Of a DNA stretch of 64,000 nucleotides, positions 38,277-46,608 are shown one piece after another. Each line of letters starts with the position of its first letter. Positions within the stretch are counted from its first letter, which is position 1. This DNA is from Candidatus Saccharibacteria bacterium UBA5170 (GTDB lineage: Bacteria > Patescibacteriota > Saccharimonadia > Saccharimonadales > Saccharimonadaceae): the NCBI GenBank assembly GCA_002413425.1, contig DHWY01000003.1, positions 17,693 through 81,692 of the forward strand. The letters are read 5' to 3'. A model generated the notes under the pieces. It was not told the DNA's origin. It saw only the letters and a list, made by a program, of their open reading frames with translations, and did not search any database. The position numbers and the translations under genes are program-made.

Positions 38277-39932
38277 ATGAACGAAATAACAGCCCGAGAA
38301 TTGATTTCAAATATTGAAGATGAACATACTGAACGCAAAGCAGCTCGTGGCCAGTATGATATTAAAAATGTATGTCGTTATACTGTTGCATTATCGAACG
38401 AAGGCGGCGGTCACCTTATATTAGGCGTTGATGATGCGGGTAATATTGTTGGATCACAATCTTTCCAGGACATTCAACGTCTCAAAATCGACGTACTTAG
38501 TCAGCCGAAAATGAGTAGACGAATTCGCGTTGAGGTTGATGTTTTTCAATTGGACATGAAAAGGATTGTTATTATTAGCATACCCGGACGTAATCGTGGT
38601 CAGGCTGACAGCTATGATGGTGCTTATTTGATGCGTAGCGGCGAAAGCCTCACCGGGATGAATAATGATATGATCAGGGATATTCTAGCAGAAAATGTCT
38701 CCGATTATAGTTCAGACATAATCGAGGGAGTGACGCCGTCTGATTTGGACTCTGAAGCTATTGAGAGGGCACGGTACCTATGGCTGTCAAAGTCGGGTAA
38801 TGAACAGGTGGAGATAATGACACCTGAGCAGGTGGTTCAGGGGCTGGGGCTCATAGACGAAAGGGGTGTTACCCGTGCTGGACTTATATTACTCGGAAAG
38901 TCTTCGGCTATAGCTCGCTATATACCGAATGCTGAACTTATATGGGAATATCGCCGGCACAATGCAGATGTTGAATATGTTGCCCGTAACGACCACAGGG
39001 AAGCAGTTGTATTGTATCTAGATAAGCTATGGGGTCAAATTGATGCTCGCAACGAAGTCGCCCACGTTAATGAAGGTTTCTTTATTCGTGACATACCAGC
39101 TTTTGCCGAGAGTACGATACGAGAGGCTGTTTTGAACGCAATATCACACAGAGATTATCAGGATTCAGGTTCTGTTTATATACGTCAATCAGCCGAAGAT
39201 ATGATAGTGGAAAGTCCGGGCGGTTTTATTGGTGGCATAACACCGGATAACATCATGAACGCTTCAAGTAAGCCGCGTAACCGTTTAGTCGCCGAAGTGT
39301 TCCAAAAGCTTGGCCTTGTGGAGCGGTCTGGGCAAGGTGTGGATAAAATCTTTGTAAATTCCATTTCATCGGGTAAAGGCCAGCCTAGCTATAAAGCATC
39401 CACATTGCATGAAGTAAAATTATCAGTGAGTGCTCAAGTTCAGGATGTCAGCTTTATACAGTACCTCGATAAGGTATCTAGAGAAGCTAATATTAGGCTA
39501 TCTGCATCTGACTATGTTCTGCTTGAAAAGGTTCGTCTTGGACTAATTGATTCTATAGGTCATGAAAGTGGTCTAGCTAAGCTCTCTTCTGCCGGTATTA
39601 TTGAAGGGTCTCGTAGCGGTCGCTTTACAAAGCCGATGCTAGCGAAGCGTTTTTATAGTGCGATGAACAAAAGTGGCGAGTATACACGTCAGCGAGGCTT
39701 AGATGTTCAACAAAAGAAACAGTTGATTTTGACCCATCTCCAAAACTTTCCAAAAGCTTATGTAGCGGATATTGATGAAGCTTTGGGGTATCAAGTGAAA
39801 CGCTCAACTCTAAATAATTATCTTAAAGCACTACATGAAGAGGGTAAGATCGAATTTATTGGTAACCGTCACATTGGGCGTGGTAACAATCGAGGTTACT
39901 GGACATCAAAAAAGAAAGATCTATCTAAGTAA
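38277..39932 (+). CDS. AlbA_2 (Schlafen-like) + HATPase_c_4-like + C-terminal wHTH protein (putative ATP-binding transcriptional regulator)
   Basis: Start set at MNEITARELISNIEDEHTERK. TGTATAAT at 38262-38269 lies 7 nt upstream (leaderless). The E..E..E.K opening is typical of AlbA_2. REAVLNAISHRDYQDSGSVYIRQSAEDMIVESPGGF matches the HATPase_c_4 core. Confidence 0.75.
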   Translation: MNEITARELISNIEDEHTERKAARGQYDIKNVCRYTVALSNEGGGHLILGVDDAGNIVGSQSFQDIQRLKIDVLSQPKMSRRIRVEVDVFQLDMKRIVIISIPGRNRGQADSYDGAYLMRSGESLTGMNNDMIRDILAENVSDYSSDIIEGVTPSDLDSEAIERARYLWLSKSGNEQVEIMTPEQVVQGLGLIDERGVTRAGLILLGKSSAIARYIPNAELIWEYRRHNADVEYVARNDHREAVVLYLDKLWGQIDARNEVAHVNEGFFIRDIPAFAESTIREAVLNAISHRDYQDSGSVYIRQSAEDMIVESPGGFIGGITPDNIMNASSKPRNRLVAEVFQKLGLVERSGQGVDKIFVNSISSGKGQPSYKASTLHEVKLSVSAQVQDVSFIQYLDKVSREANIRLSASDYVLLEKVRLGLIDSIGHESGLAKLSSAGIIEGSRSGRFTKPMLAKRFYSAMNKSGEYTRQRGLDVQQKKQLILTHLQNFPKAYVADIDEALGYQVKRSTLNNYLKALHEEGKIEFIGNRHIGRGNNRGYWTSKKKDLSK

Positions 39933-40298
39933 GTACATTAGATTAGACAGATACTTAGATAGTTTTGTGCTTTCGCCTCTGTAAATAACTATCTATCATT
40001 TGTGGTTTTGCATACATAGTTGAATACATACCTAAATACAGAGTAAGGTTGCATCTAATCAAAAATGTATTACTAAAGAGTAATCTAAAAGCTTAGGCTT
40101 TTTGGTTAAGAGCTAAGAATTAACTACTGATTAAATATGAGCTCATACTGAGATCATGTAATCTATTTTGATGGAATCTTATTTTAGACTTGAAGCTAAG
40201 TCTGTTTTCACTAAAGTTATAACTTCCTCTATTGTGGTGAGCCAAGCATAAGCACTATGATTTAGGTCATGGTGTTTTTGTTTGGTATGATATAGGGC

Positions 40299-40634
40299 AT
40301 GGACAAGAAAATACTTATTGTAACGATGAACGACATTCCAGGCTACGAGATAGTCGAGGTCTATGGGGAAGTTTTCGGACTCTTAGCGCGCAGTAGAAAT
40401 CTCTTCAGTACCGTGGGGGCAGGGCTAAAATCTATCGTTGGCGGTGAAATAGGTGGGTACACGAAACTTCTCACAGATAGCCGTATTGAGGCGACTGAAC
40501 GGATGAAGGAAGCGGCCGCAAAGAAGGGTGCGAACGCAATTATCGCTATGAGGTTTGATACGAGCGAAATAGGAAATAATATGAATGAAGTTGCTGCATA
40601 CGGTACGGCCGTAAAAGTTCAAAAACTCAAGTGA
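40299..40634 (+). CDS. YbjQ-family (UPF0145) protein
   Basis: 111 aa. IPGYEIVEVYGEVFG...SIVGGEIGGYTKLL...AIIAMRFD is the characteristic YbjQ pattern. TGGTATGAT -10 lies 7 nt before the ATG. Confidence 0.85.
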   Translation: MDKKILIVTMNDIPGYEIVEVYGEVFGLLARSRNLFSTVGAGLKSIVGGEIGGYTKLLTDSRIEATERMKEAAAKKGANAIIAMRFDTSEIGNNMNEVAAYGTAVKVQKLK

Positions 40635-40756
40635 AAAAAACAAAAGCTGAATTTAAAACTCATATCCCTGAACCACGATGGCAGCAAATAGTAAGTGTTA
40701 TTATTGTGATTCTTATCGCTGCGGCCGAACTACTATTTGTGTTAAAGATTCTGTAG
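40631..40756 (+). CDS. Possible 41-aa single-TM peptide, start overlapping the YbjQ-like stop (GTGA)
   Basis: Own translation VKKTKAEFKTHIPEPRWQQIVSVIIVILIAAAELLFVLKIL*. Basic N-terminus plus one hydrophobic helix. No homology evidence. Confidence 0.3.
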   Translation: MKKTKAEFKTHIPEPRWQQIVSVIIVILIAAAELLFVLKIL

Positions 40757-40774
40757 CTGATAATTTCGAAGTGC

Positions 40775-40838
40775 GACCACTAACGGGAGCCAAGATGAAT
40801 TCAAATTACAAAAAGCCATTCGATAGGATGGCTTTTTG
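40775..40838 (+). repeat. tRNA-Asn 3'-end look-alike + terminator module, unit 1
   Basis: GACC ACTAACGG GAGCCAAGA (40775-40795), then hairpin AGCCAT..ATGGCT plus TTTTTGAT. Confidence 0.6.
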
Positions 40839-40856
40839 ATTTTCTAGCTCAGTTGG

Positions 40857-41381
40857 TTACTGTCTAATTCCAGATTTGAAATCACCAGGTTGCCGACGAC
40901 CCTTCCTGTATTTACTGGGCTGGTAGCCTTCGAGATTAATTTCAACCCCAGAATCGGCTGCGTCCTTTAGAGCTTCTTCTTGATAGGCTGCTTCGTCATC
41001 GTGATAGTGGAGACCACCAGCTATAACAGCAGCTTCTGTATTAAGCTCTTCGTCGTAGTGATGGCGCTTGGCGTTCTTTAGTTGGTCCATTTTTGTCGCC
41101 TTCATTTCCTTTGCTAACTTTATTTCTTCCTTTTGATCACGTCCGTCACGACTTAGCAAGCGTAGCAGGGGCGCTCGGGAGCGGTATTTAGCGCGTTGTT
41201 CGTCAAGATACCTAGTCTCATATTCGGACGATGAGGCAGTTCTAAGAAAATCTTCAGTGGCGAATCCGCTTAACTTGTGGGCAGCTTCGTACCTATTGAA
41301 TGAATCGGCCGGAGACTCTATTCCTGCAAGATGTTCTGTTATCATTTTTTCTTTTTGTTGTTGGTATGATTCTATTGACAT
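40857..41381 (-). CDS. Hypothetical highly charged protein (174 aa)
   Basis: Long ORF with its own near-consensus leaderless promoter. No recognisable domain. Confidence 0.6.
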   Translation of the reverse strand: MSIESYQQQKEKMITEHLAGIESPADSFNRYEAAHKLSGFATEDFLRTASSSEYETRYLDEQRAKYRSRAPLLRLLSRDGRDQKEEIKLAKEMKATKMDQLKNAKRHHYDEELNTEAAVIAGGLHYHDDEAAYQEEALKDAADSGVEINLEGYQPSKYRKGRRQPGDFKSGIRQ

Positions 41382-41387
41382 ACCAAT

Positions 41388-41416
41388 ATATTAGCACAAG
41401 CTTGATAATTTGTCAA
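41388..41416 (-). promoter_or_regulatory. Leaderless promoter of the 174-aa gene
   Basis: On the minus strand: TTGACA (41416-41411), 17-nt spacer, TAATAT (41393-41388), 6 nt, ATG (41381). Confidence 0.6.
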
Positions 41417-41699
41417 CATGCCAACTACTACCCCTTGGCGCGTACACCTAGAGACCCATTACATAGACTTAACTCTGTAATTACTTAGCCATTTCACTGC
41501 TGCGGTGGCTAGCGACTTTGCCTGACACAAGAATGCTTAAGACAGCACATGTGATTGTAGACGGAAGGCTTATTGCCTTTCATTACTTTATAGAGAAAGT
41601 AAGCTTCTACTGGAAGTTGAACTTCGAGAAGAATGGTCAAGAAAATTATGTTGTTGCATCATAATCTTGAACTAATAGTTAATTAAAGTTGCGAAGTAC

Positions 41700-41759
41700 G
41701 ACCACTAGTGGGAGCCAAGATGATTATGCTTAAAGATCTTTGAACTGAAGATCTTTTTG
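41700..41759 (+). repeat. tRNA-Asn 3'-end look-alike + terminator module, unit 2
   Basis: GACC ACTAGTGG GAGCCAAGA (41700-41720), then hairpin AAAGATCTT..AAGATCTTT plus TTTTTGAT. Shares a 33-nt core with unit 1. Confidence 0.6.
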
Positions 41760-41892
41760 ATTTGTTATACTGACTTTATGCCTGAACCAGATATCATTGA
41801 CTCATCTGTACATAACAACAAGGAAGATTTAGTCATAATCCTAAAGATTATATTTGGTATCAATTTGTGGAATGGGTCGTAGGGTTATTATA

Positions 41893-42417
41893 ATGTTCCG
41901 AATACACGAATATGACACATCTTATCCGATATTATTCCAAAAAGAGAGCCAAAAATTAGCTGAAATATTAAAAGGCACCTGTCTCATCGAACATATCGGC
42001 AGCACAGCAATACCGGGCGTTGATGGCAAGGGAGTGATTGATATTATGCTTGTCTTTGATAAACCAGATGAAATTGAACCGATTATTGTATCACTTCAGC
42101 AACATGGTTATTATTTTACAGATGGCGGCGTTGATAGAAGAGATAAAGCGTTTATGTCATCGTCTGGCGAACGAGAGAGCGGTCCGGGTGATATACATCT
42201 ACACTTAGTCTCAATAGATAATCAGGATTACCCAAGGGCAATTTTGTTTCGTGATTACTTAATCCGTCATCCCAAAGCAAAACAGTCCTATGTTAATTTA
42301 AAATATGAACTATACAAAAAAGTTGCTGGTAATAGATCAGAATACACAAAATTAAAGAGTAGTTTTATAGAAAAGATCATCGCTTTAGCTCAGGATGAGA
42401 CCACGAGAATAGAGTGA
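41893..42417 (+). CDS. GrpB-family (UPF0157) nucleotidyltransferase-fold protein
   Basis: Start set at MFRIHEYDTSYPILFQKESQKL. IEHIGSTAIPGVDGKGVIDIML and HLHLV motifs are typical of GrpB. Confidence 0.8.
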   Translation: MFRIHEYDTSYPILFQKESQKLAEILKGTCLIEHIGSTAIPGVDGKGVIDIMLVFDKPDEIEPIIVSLQQHGYYFTDGGVDRRDKAFMSSSGERESGPGDIHLHLVSIDNQDYPRAILFRDYLIRHPKAKQSYVNLKYELYKKVAGNRSEYTKLKSSFIEKIIALAQDETTRIE

Positions 42418-42430
42418 GTCAAATCTCCGT

Positions 42431-42483
42431 GACCCGTATGCCGAGCCAAGAAAATTGTCAGACCTTTTAGTCTGGCATTTTTC
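42431..42483 (+). repeat. tRNA-Asn 3'-end look-alike + terminator module, unit 3
   Basis: GACC CGTATGCC GAGCCAAGA (42431-42451), then hairpin GTCAGAC..GTCTGGC plus a T-run. Confidence 0.55.
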
Positions 42484-42577
42484 ATGGCTTTATATTACGC
42501 AGAATACTTGAACTATTAGAACCCATTAGCCATTTGCCAACTATCTTTGAAAGTGTTACATTAAGTCAAAGTATCAT

Positions 42578-44527
42578 ATGAATAGAGAAACGCTTACAAA
42601 TGGGTATCACGAAGACGACCAACCCCTAGTAAGAGGTGAGATTCCTAGTGAAGAAGTACTTCAGTTATTAGCAAAGGCGCTTAATCCTTCGCTGGACACG
42701 CCTCCAGTGCTCATAGAACAGATTCTAGAAACCACTTCGCGGTGGAATAGTAAAGAGATACCTAAAGAGTTAGATTCCGTGCTTAATCGATTAGATTTTC
42801 ACCCTCGGGGAACTGCTCTTATACCGCAATTTGACACTATACCTTTCTTTAAGCGCGTAGGTGAGAAAATTGAAGTTTACAAAGATAAGCATGCCCGAAA
42901 CAGGGAGGAAAATGGCAAGTCGGAGGCTGCAGAATTTGGCGTCGGCAAAGTGGGCGACCAAGATGTCGTTGTCTACGCTATGAACTACGACTTTATGGGC
43001 GGCTCATTGTCGTCTGTTGCTGGTGAAAAGCTTTTACAAGCAATCGAGCTCGCGGAAGCGACCAAGCGGCCTTTATTAACAGTTTATTCGTCTGGTGGAG
43101 CACGACAAGACGAAAACGGTAGGGCGTTATACCAAATGGAACGTGGTGTAGTCGGCTTGGAGGTTTTAAAAGAAAAAGCTCCTAACGTACCGAATATTGC
43201 TATTTTACTTGGAGAAGTTTGGGGTGGAGTCACCGCCAGTTCTATGCCACGAGCAGATTTACGCGTCGCCTACACCGGCACCCGTATGGGATTTGCTGGT
43301 GGCCGCGTTATCGCAGCCCATGAGGGCTCTGAAGTGTCTGAAAGTGCTCAGCGGGTAGAAGTGCATGCTCTTCAGCGTAACGTTGACGTTCTGGTACGTA
43401 ATACCGATGAATTAATGAATCATCTGACGGCATTTTTTGCGAATTATTCACAACCTTCAACAAGATTTGAACCCAGTCTCATTCCCCCTACACACGTTGT
43501 GGGACCAGATGGAGACCAACGGCATTTCCGTTTGTCTGACCATGTCGTAGCCCCAGCGTTGTACAAAGATGATCTTAAAGGCGCTCCAGTCGTCGCTTCT
43601 ATGCGATTACGGACTGAGCGCGCTATCATGACACTATTTAACTCAGAACTGGCCGCTGGCAAAACTGAAGCAGAAGCCCGCAAAGCCGCAGAGGGTCAAA
43701 TGCTAACCGATCGTTATAGAAATCTACTTTTCGATGTGGCGCGACCTGATACCGAAATGATTTTACAACAAGCTTTCCAAGACGTAGTGCCACTGTATAA
43801 TCATTTTTACGATAAGGAACGTGGTGAATATGTATATCCCCCGATTATCGCAGGAATTGGCCGTATCGGTTTGCAAGCGTTTATGGTAGCAGGAAACCAA
43901 CCATCATATCGTGTCGTTGATAGTGAAGTCTCAAAAATACTTTCTACGCCAAAACCCGCCGACCTCAAATACCTATTACGAACACTTAATCTTGGAGATA
44001 GGTTGCAATTACCGCTCGTGCTGCTCACGGATACCCCAGGCGCTGAACCATCTTTAGACTCAGAGCTACAGGGGCAGTTTGAAGACATTGCAAACGTTCT
44101 AGCTCGCTATCATAAATACGGCAAGCCGATTATGAGTATTGTGACGGGCTTACAGGGAAGTGGAGGTGGATTAGTGACTTCTCCTCGTGGTGATTCGTTG
44201 GCGGTACTCAGCAAAGGACTTATGACTGTAGCAGAGCCAGGGGCAGCCTCGGTAATTGTCTATGGGGCTAACGCTACACACCAAAACCGCACGGATACTA
44301 TTTTGGCGCTTAGCCCAAGCAGTGAGATGCAGCGTAAAATTGGGTTGGTAGACGCCGTTATCCCAGAAGCAGACAACCCGTATGAAACTATTGCAGCAAT
44401 CAGAGAACATATTATCAAAACTTATGGTCGGCTTGCGCTTATTAAATCCAGTAAGTTACTCGCAGATCGCTGGAATGTCCGCTTGCGTGATGCCAAGCCT
44501 TTTAAGGTATCAGAATCGGGGTTCTAA
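42578..44527 (+). CDS. Fused acetyl-CoA carboxylase-type carboxyltransferase, beta (AccD-like) + alpha (AccA-like) halves
   Basis: 649 aa. N-terminal half: YDFMGGSLSSVAGEKLLQAIELAEATKRPLLTVYSSGGARQ (AccD FMGGSMG...SGGARMQ pattern) without the AccD zinc ribbon. C-terminal half: LPLVLLTDTPGAEPSLDSELQGQFEDIANVL...IVTGLQGSGGGL (AccA IDTPGAYPG...GEGGSGGAL pattern). Confidence 0.85.
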   Translation: MNRETLTNGYHEDDQPLVRGEIPSEEVLQLLAKALNPSLDTPPVLIEQILETTSRWNSKEIPKELDSVLNRLDFHPRGTALIPQFDTIPFFKRVGEKIEVYKDKHARNREENGKSEAAEFGVGKVGDQDVVVYAMNYDFMGGSLSSVAGEKLLQAIELAEATKRPLLTVYSSGGARQDENGRALYQMERGVVGLEVLKEKAPNVPNIAILLGEVWGGVTASSMPRADLRVAYTGTRMGFAGGRVIAAHEGSEVSESAQRVEVHALQRNVDVLVRNTDELMNHLTAFFANYSQPSTRFEPSLIPPTHVVGPDGDQRHFRLSDHVVAPALYKDDLKGAPVVASMRLRTERAIMTLFNSELAAGKTEAEARKAAEGQMLTDRYRNLLFDVARPDTEMILQQAFQDVVPLYNHFYDKERGEYVYPPIIAGIGRIGLQAFMVAGNQPSYRVVDSEVSKILSTPKPADLKYLLRTLNLGDRLQLPLVLLTDTPGAEPSLDSELQGQFEDIANVLARYHKYGKPIMSIVTGLQGSGGGLVTSPRGDSLAVLSKGLMTVAEPGAASVIVYGANATHQNRTDTILALSPSSEMQRKIGLVDAVIPEADNPYETIAAIREHIIKTYGRLALIKSSKLLADRWNVRLRDAKPFKVSESGF

Positions 44528-44535
44528 AAATTCAA

Positions 44536-44596
44536 GACCCGCGTACTGAGCCAAACAGGAGCATCATAAGAAGACCTTCCTAGGAAGTCCTTTTGT
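44536..44596 (+). repeat. tRNA-Asn 3'-end look-alike + terminator module, unit 4 (most diverged)
   Basis: GACC CGCGTACT GAGCCAAAC (44536-44556), then interrupted hairpin around the palindrome CTTCCTAGGAAG plus TTTTG. Confidence 0.5.
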
Positions 44597-44669
44597 TAAT
44601 CTAGTAATCATAATTACAGCAAAAAGACATAATGTTTTATAATGGCGGTAATGGTAAGGAGGATTAACT

Positions 44670-44876
44670 ATGGGTAGTCATGATGGGAAAACGGTCAAAG
44701 TTATTAACCGAGCAGGTCCAACTGGTTTTGTGTTTTTCCTGGCGTATATCGGCGCTGCGATCTACTTTATCCAGCAGTCATCGGGAGGATTCTGGGAAGT
44801 GATACTGGGGCTTCTGCAGGCGGCGGTGTGGCCTGTTTACGTTATTTATCACGTGCTTCAACTCTTGGGCGTGTGA
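44670..44876 (+). CDS. Small two-TM membrane protein (68 aa)
   Basis: AAGGAGG SD 7 nt upstream and TATAAT upstream. Two hydrophobic helices. Confidence 0.55.
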   Translation: MGSHDGKTVKVINRAGPTGFVFFLAYIGAAIYFIQQSSGGFWEVILGLLQAAVWPVYVIYHVLQLLGV

Positions 44877-45013
44877 GAAACGTTGGAGGCAAGCGAACAG
44901 GCATGTGTGTTGCTGAGTGGTCTATCGCTATGCAGACAATCTTTCCATGTAGTGCGATAATGGTTGTATAGGGCATAAACAACGTGTCTTGTGTTTAATG
45001 AGGAGGTATATGT

Positions 45014-45250
45014 ATGGCTAGCGAACAATCGCCAGAGTTACGTGATGATGAACCAAATAATGAATTAGGATTTCGGGCAGGTGAGCAAGACTCGGAGACT
45101 AGCTTCGACGACGACAAAGACGTGGACCCCAAGGTGCGAAAAGAGTTGTATCTCTTAGCAGCTGAACTTGACGAACGTTTAGCTGGTCAACCTGCCAATC
45201 CCGCGGCGACTAAGCCAGCCGAGGAGGGCTCAGACACTTACTTGGGTTAA
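45014..45250 (+). CDS. Small acidic protein (78 aa), unknown function
   Basis: GAGGAGG SD upstream. Very D/E-rich, probably disordered. Confidence 0.5.
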   Translation: MASEQSPELRDDEPNNELGFRAGEQDSETSFDDDKDVDPKVRKELYLLAAELDERLAGQPANPAATKPAEEGSDTYLG

Positions 45251-45283
45251 TCTAGATTTTTTATTCATGGTAGACTTATACAT

Positions 45284-46603
45284 ATGTCAGTTGATGTAAT
45301 TGTTGGTCTCCAACGGGGTGACGAAGGCAAGGGGCGCTTTGTCGATATGCTTTCGGAAAAGCACGATATTGTCACTCGATTTAATGGCGGTAATAATGCT
45401 GGGCACACCGTCGTGCTCCCAGACGGACGAGAGCTCGCCCTCCACTTAGTACCTTCGGGGATTGCGCATCCAGGGATTATGAACATTATCGGCAACGGCA
45501 CGCTGGTTAATCCGATAAAACTTGTTGAAGAAATTGATGATATCAAGTCTAAAGGGATTGAAGTCAACAGCAGGAATTTAATGCTCAGCTCGGCTGCTCA
45601 CTTGATTTTACCCCACCATATTTATGATGATGAGATTAGGGAAGCGGGCAAAGGTCGGCAGGGGAGTACTAAATCTGGCATTGCTCAAGTCGCTTCCCAA
45701 AAGGCGATGCGCGCCGGTGCCAGAGTCGAGTTAATCAATGACAATCCAGAAGGCTTATCGGACATAGTCTATGAAGGCCTGGTGGCCCAAAGACCACTAC
45801 GCCAAGAAGCCGGGCTCGAACCTATTGATGAAGCTGCCGTTGCAAAAGAGTATATTGAAAACGCCAAACGTATTAGAGGGTTTGTAACCGATACCGTACT
45901 GTATCTGAATCAACAGTTACGGTTAGATAAACCAGCTCGGGTTTTGGCTGAAGGTGCGCAAGCGTTCTGGCTCGATATTGACCATGGTATGTATCCTTAC
46001 ACGACATCTTCGTCCACGACCTCGGGCGGTGTGTGCACGGGGCTTGGTGTTGCCCCCGCTTTTATCGATCAAGTGACCGGCATTGCCAAGGCCATACCAT
46101 CGCACGTCGGCGGCGGTCCATTCGTGACTGAAATTACCGAGACTGAACAGTTAAAGCGTTTACATGGCGATATGACGACGATTGATGCCGAAAAGGGCAC
46201 CACAACCGGGCGAATACGTCGGCTTGGCCACCTTGATTTACCACAAATACGACGATCTCAGATGGTCAACGGCATAGAGGGAAAGCAAGATATGGCGCTC
46301 ACCAAGCTTGACTGGGTGCGTCGCTATGGTGACGAGGTAAAGATTTGTGTTGCCTATTCGCTGGAAGGCAAACGGATTGAGATTGCACCCGACGCGGCTT
46401 ATAAGTTAGAGCAGGTCACGCCTATTTACGAATCGCTACCGACCTGGCAAGAGGATATCCAGGATATTCGCCAGTTTGATGATTTACCCAAAGCCGCCCA
46501 GAACTACATTGAGTTTATTGAAGGTATTACTAAAGTACCTATTTCCCTGATCGGAGTTGGTCCGAGACGCGATCAAGTCATCGTTCGCGACGTGCTAGAC
46601 TAA
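45284..46603 (+). CDS. purA: Adenylosuccinate synthetase
   Basis: VIVGLQRGDEGKGRFVD P-loop, GGNNAGHT and TTGRIRR motifs. 439 aa. Confidence 0.95.
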   Translation: MSVDVIVGLQRGDEGKGRFVDMLSEKHDIVTRFNGGNNAGHTVVLPDGRELALHLVPSGIAHPGIMNIIGNGTLVNPIKLVEEIDDIKSKGIEVNSRNLMLSSAAHLILPHHIYDDEIREAGKGRQGSTKSGIAQVASQKAMRAGARVELINDNPEGLSDIVYEGLVAQRPLRQEAGLEPIDEAAVAKEYIENAKRIRGFVTDTVLYLNQQLRLDKPARVLAEGAQAFWLDIDHGMYPYTTSSSTTSGGVCTGLGVAPAFIDQVTGIAKAIPSHVGGGPFVTEITETEQLKRLHGDMTTIDAEKGTTTGRIRRLGHLDLPQIRRSQMVNGIEGKQDMALTKLDWVRRYGDEVKICVAYSLEGKRIEIAPDAAYKLEQVTPIYESLPTWQEDIQDIRQFDDLPKAAQNYIEFIEGITKVPISLIGVGPRRDQVIVRDVLD

Positions 46604-46608
46604 GACCT

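Noticed and set aside
40775-44596. Considered whether the four repeated units are a CRISPR array or integron attC sites.
   Set aside because: Spacing is 0.7-2.1 kb and irregular with genes in between, so this is not CRISPR. I saw no RYYYAAC/GTTRRRY core pair and no intI gene, so this is not a canonical integron. The similarity is to the tRNA-Asn 3' end instead.
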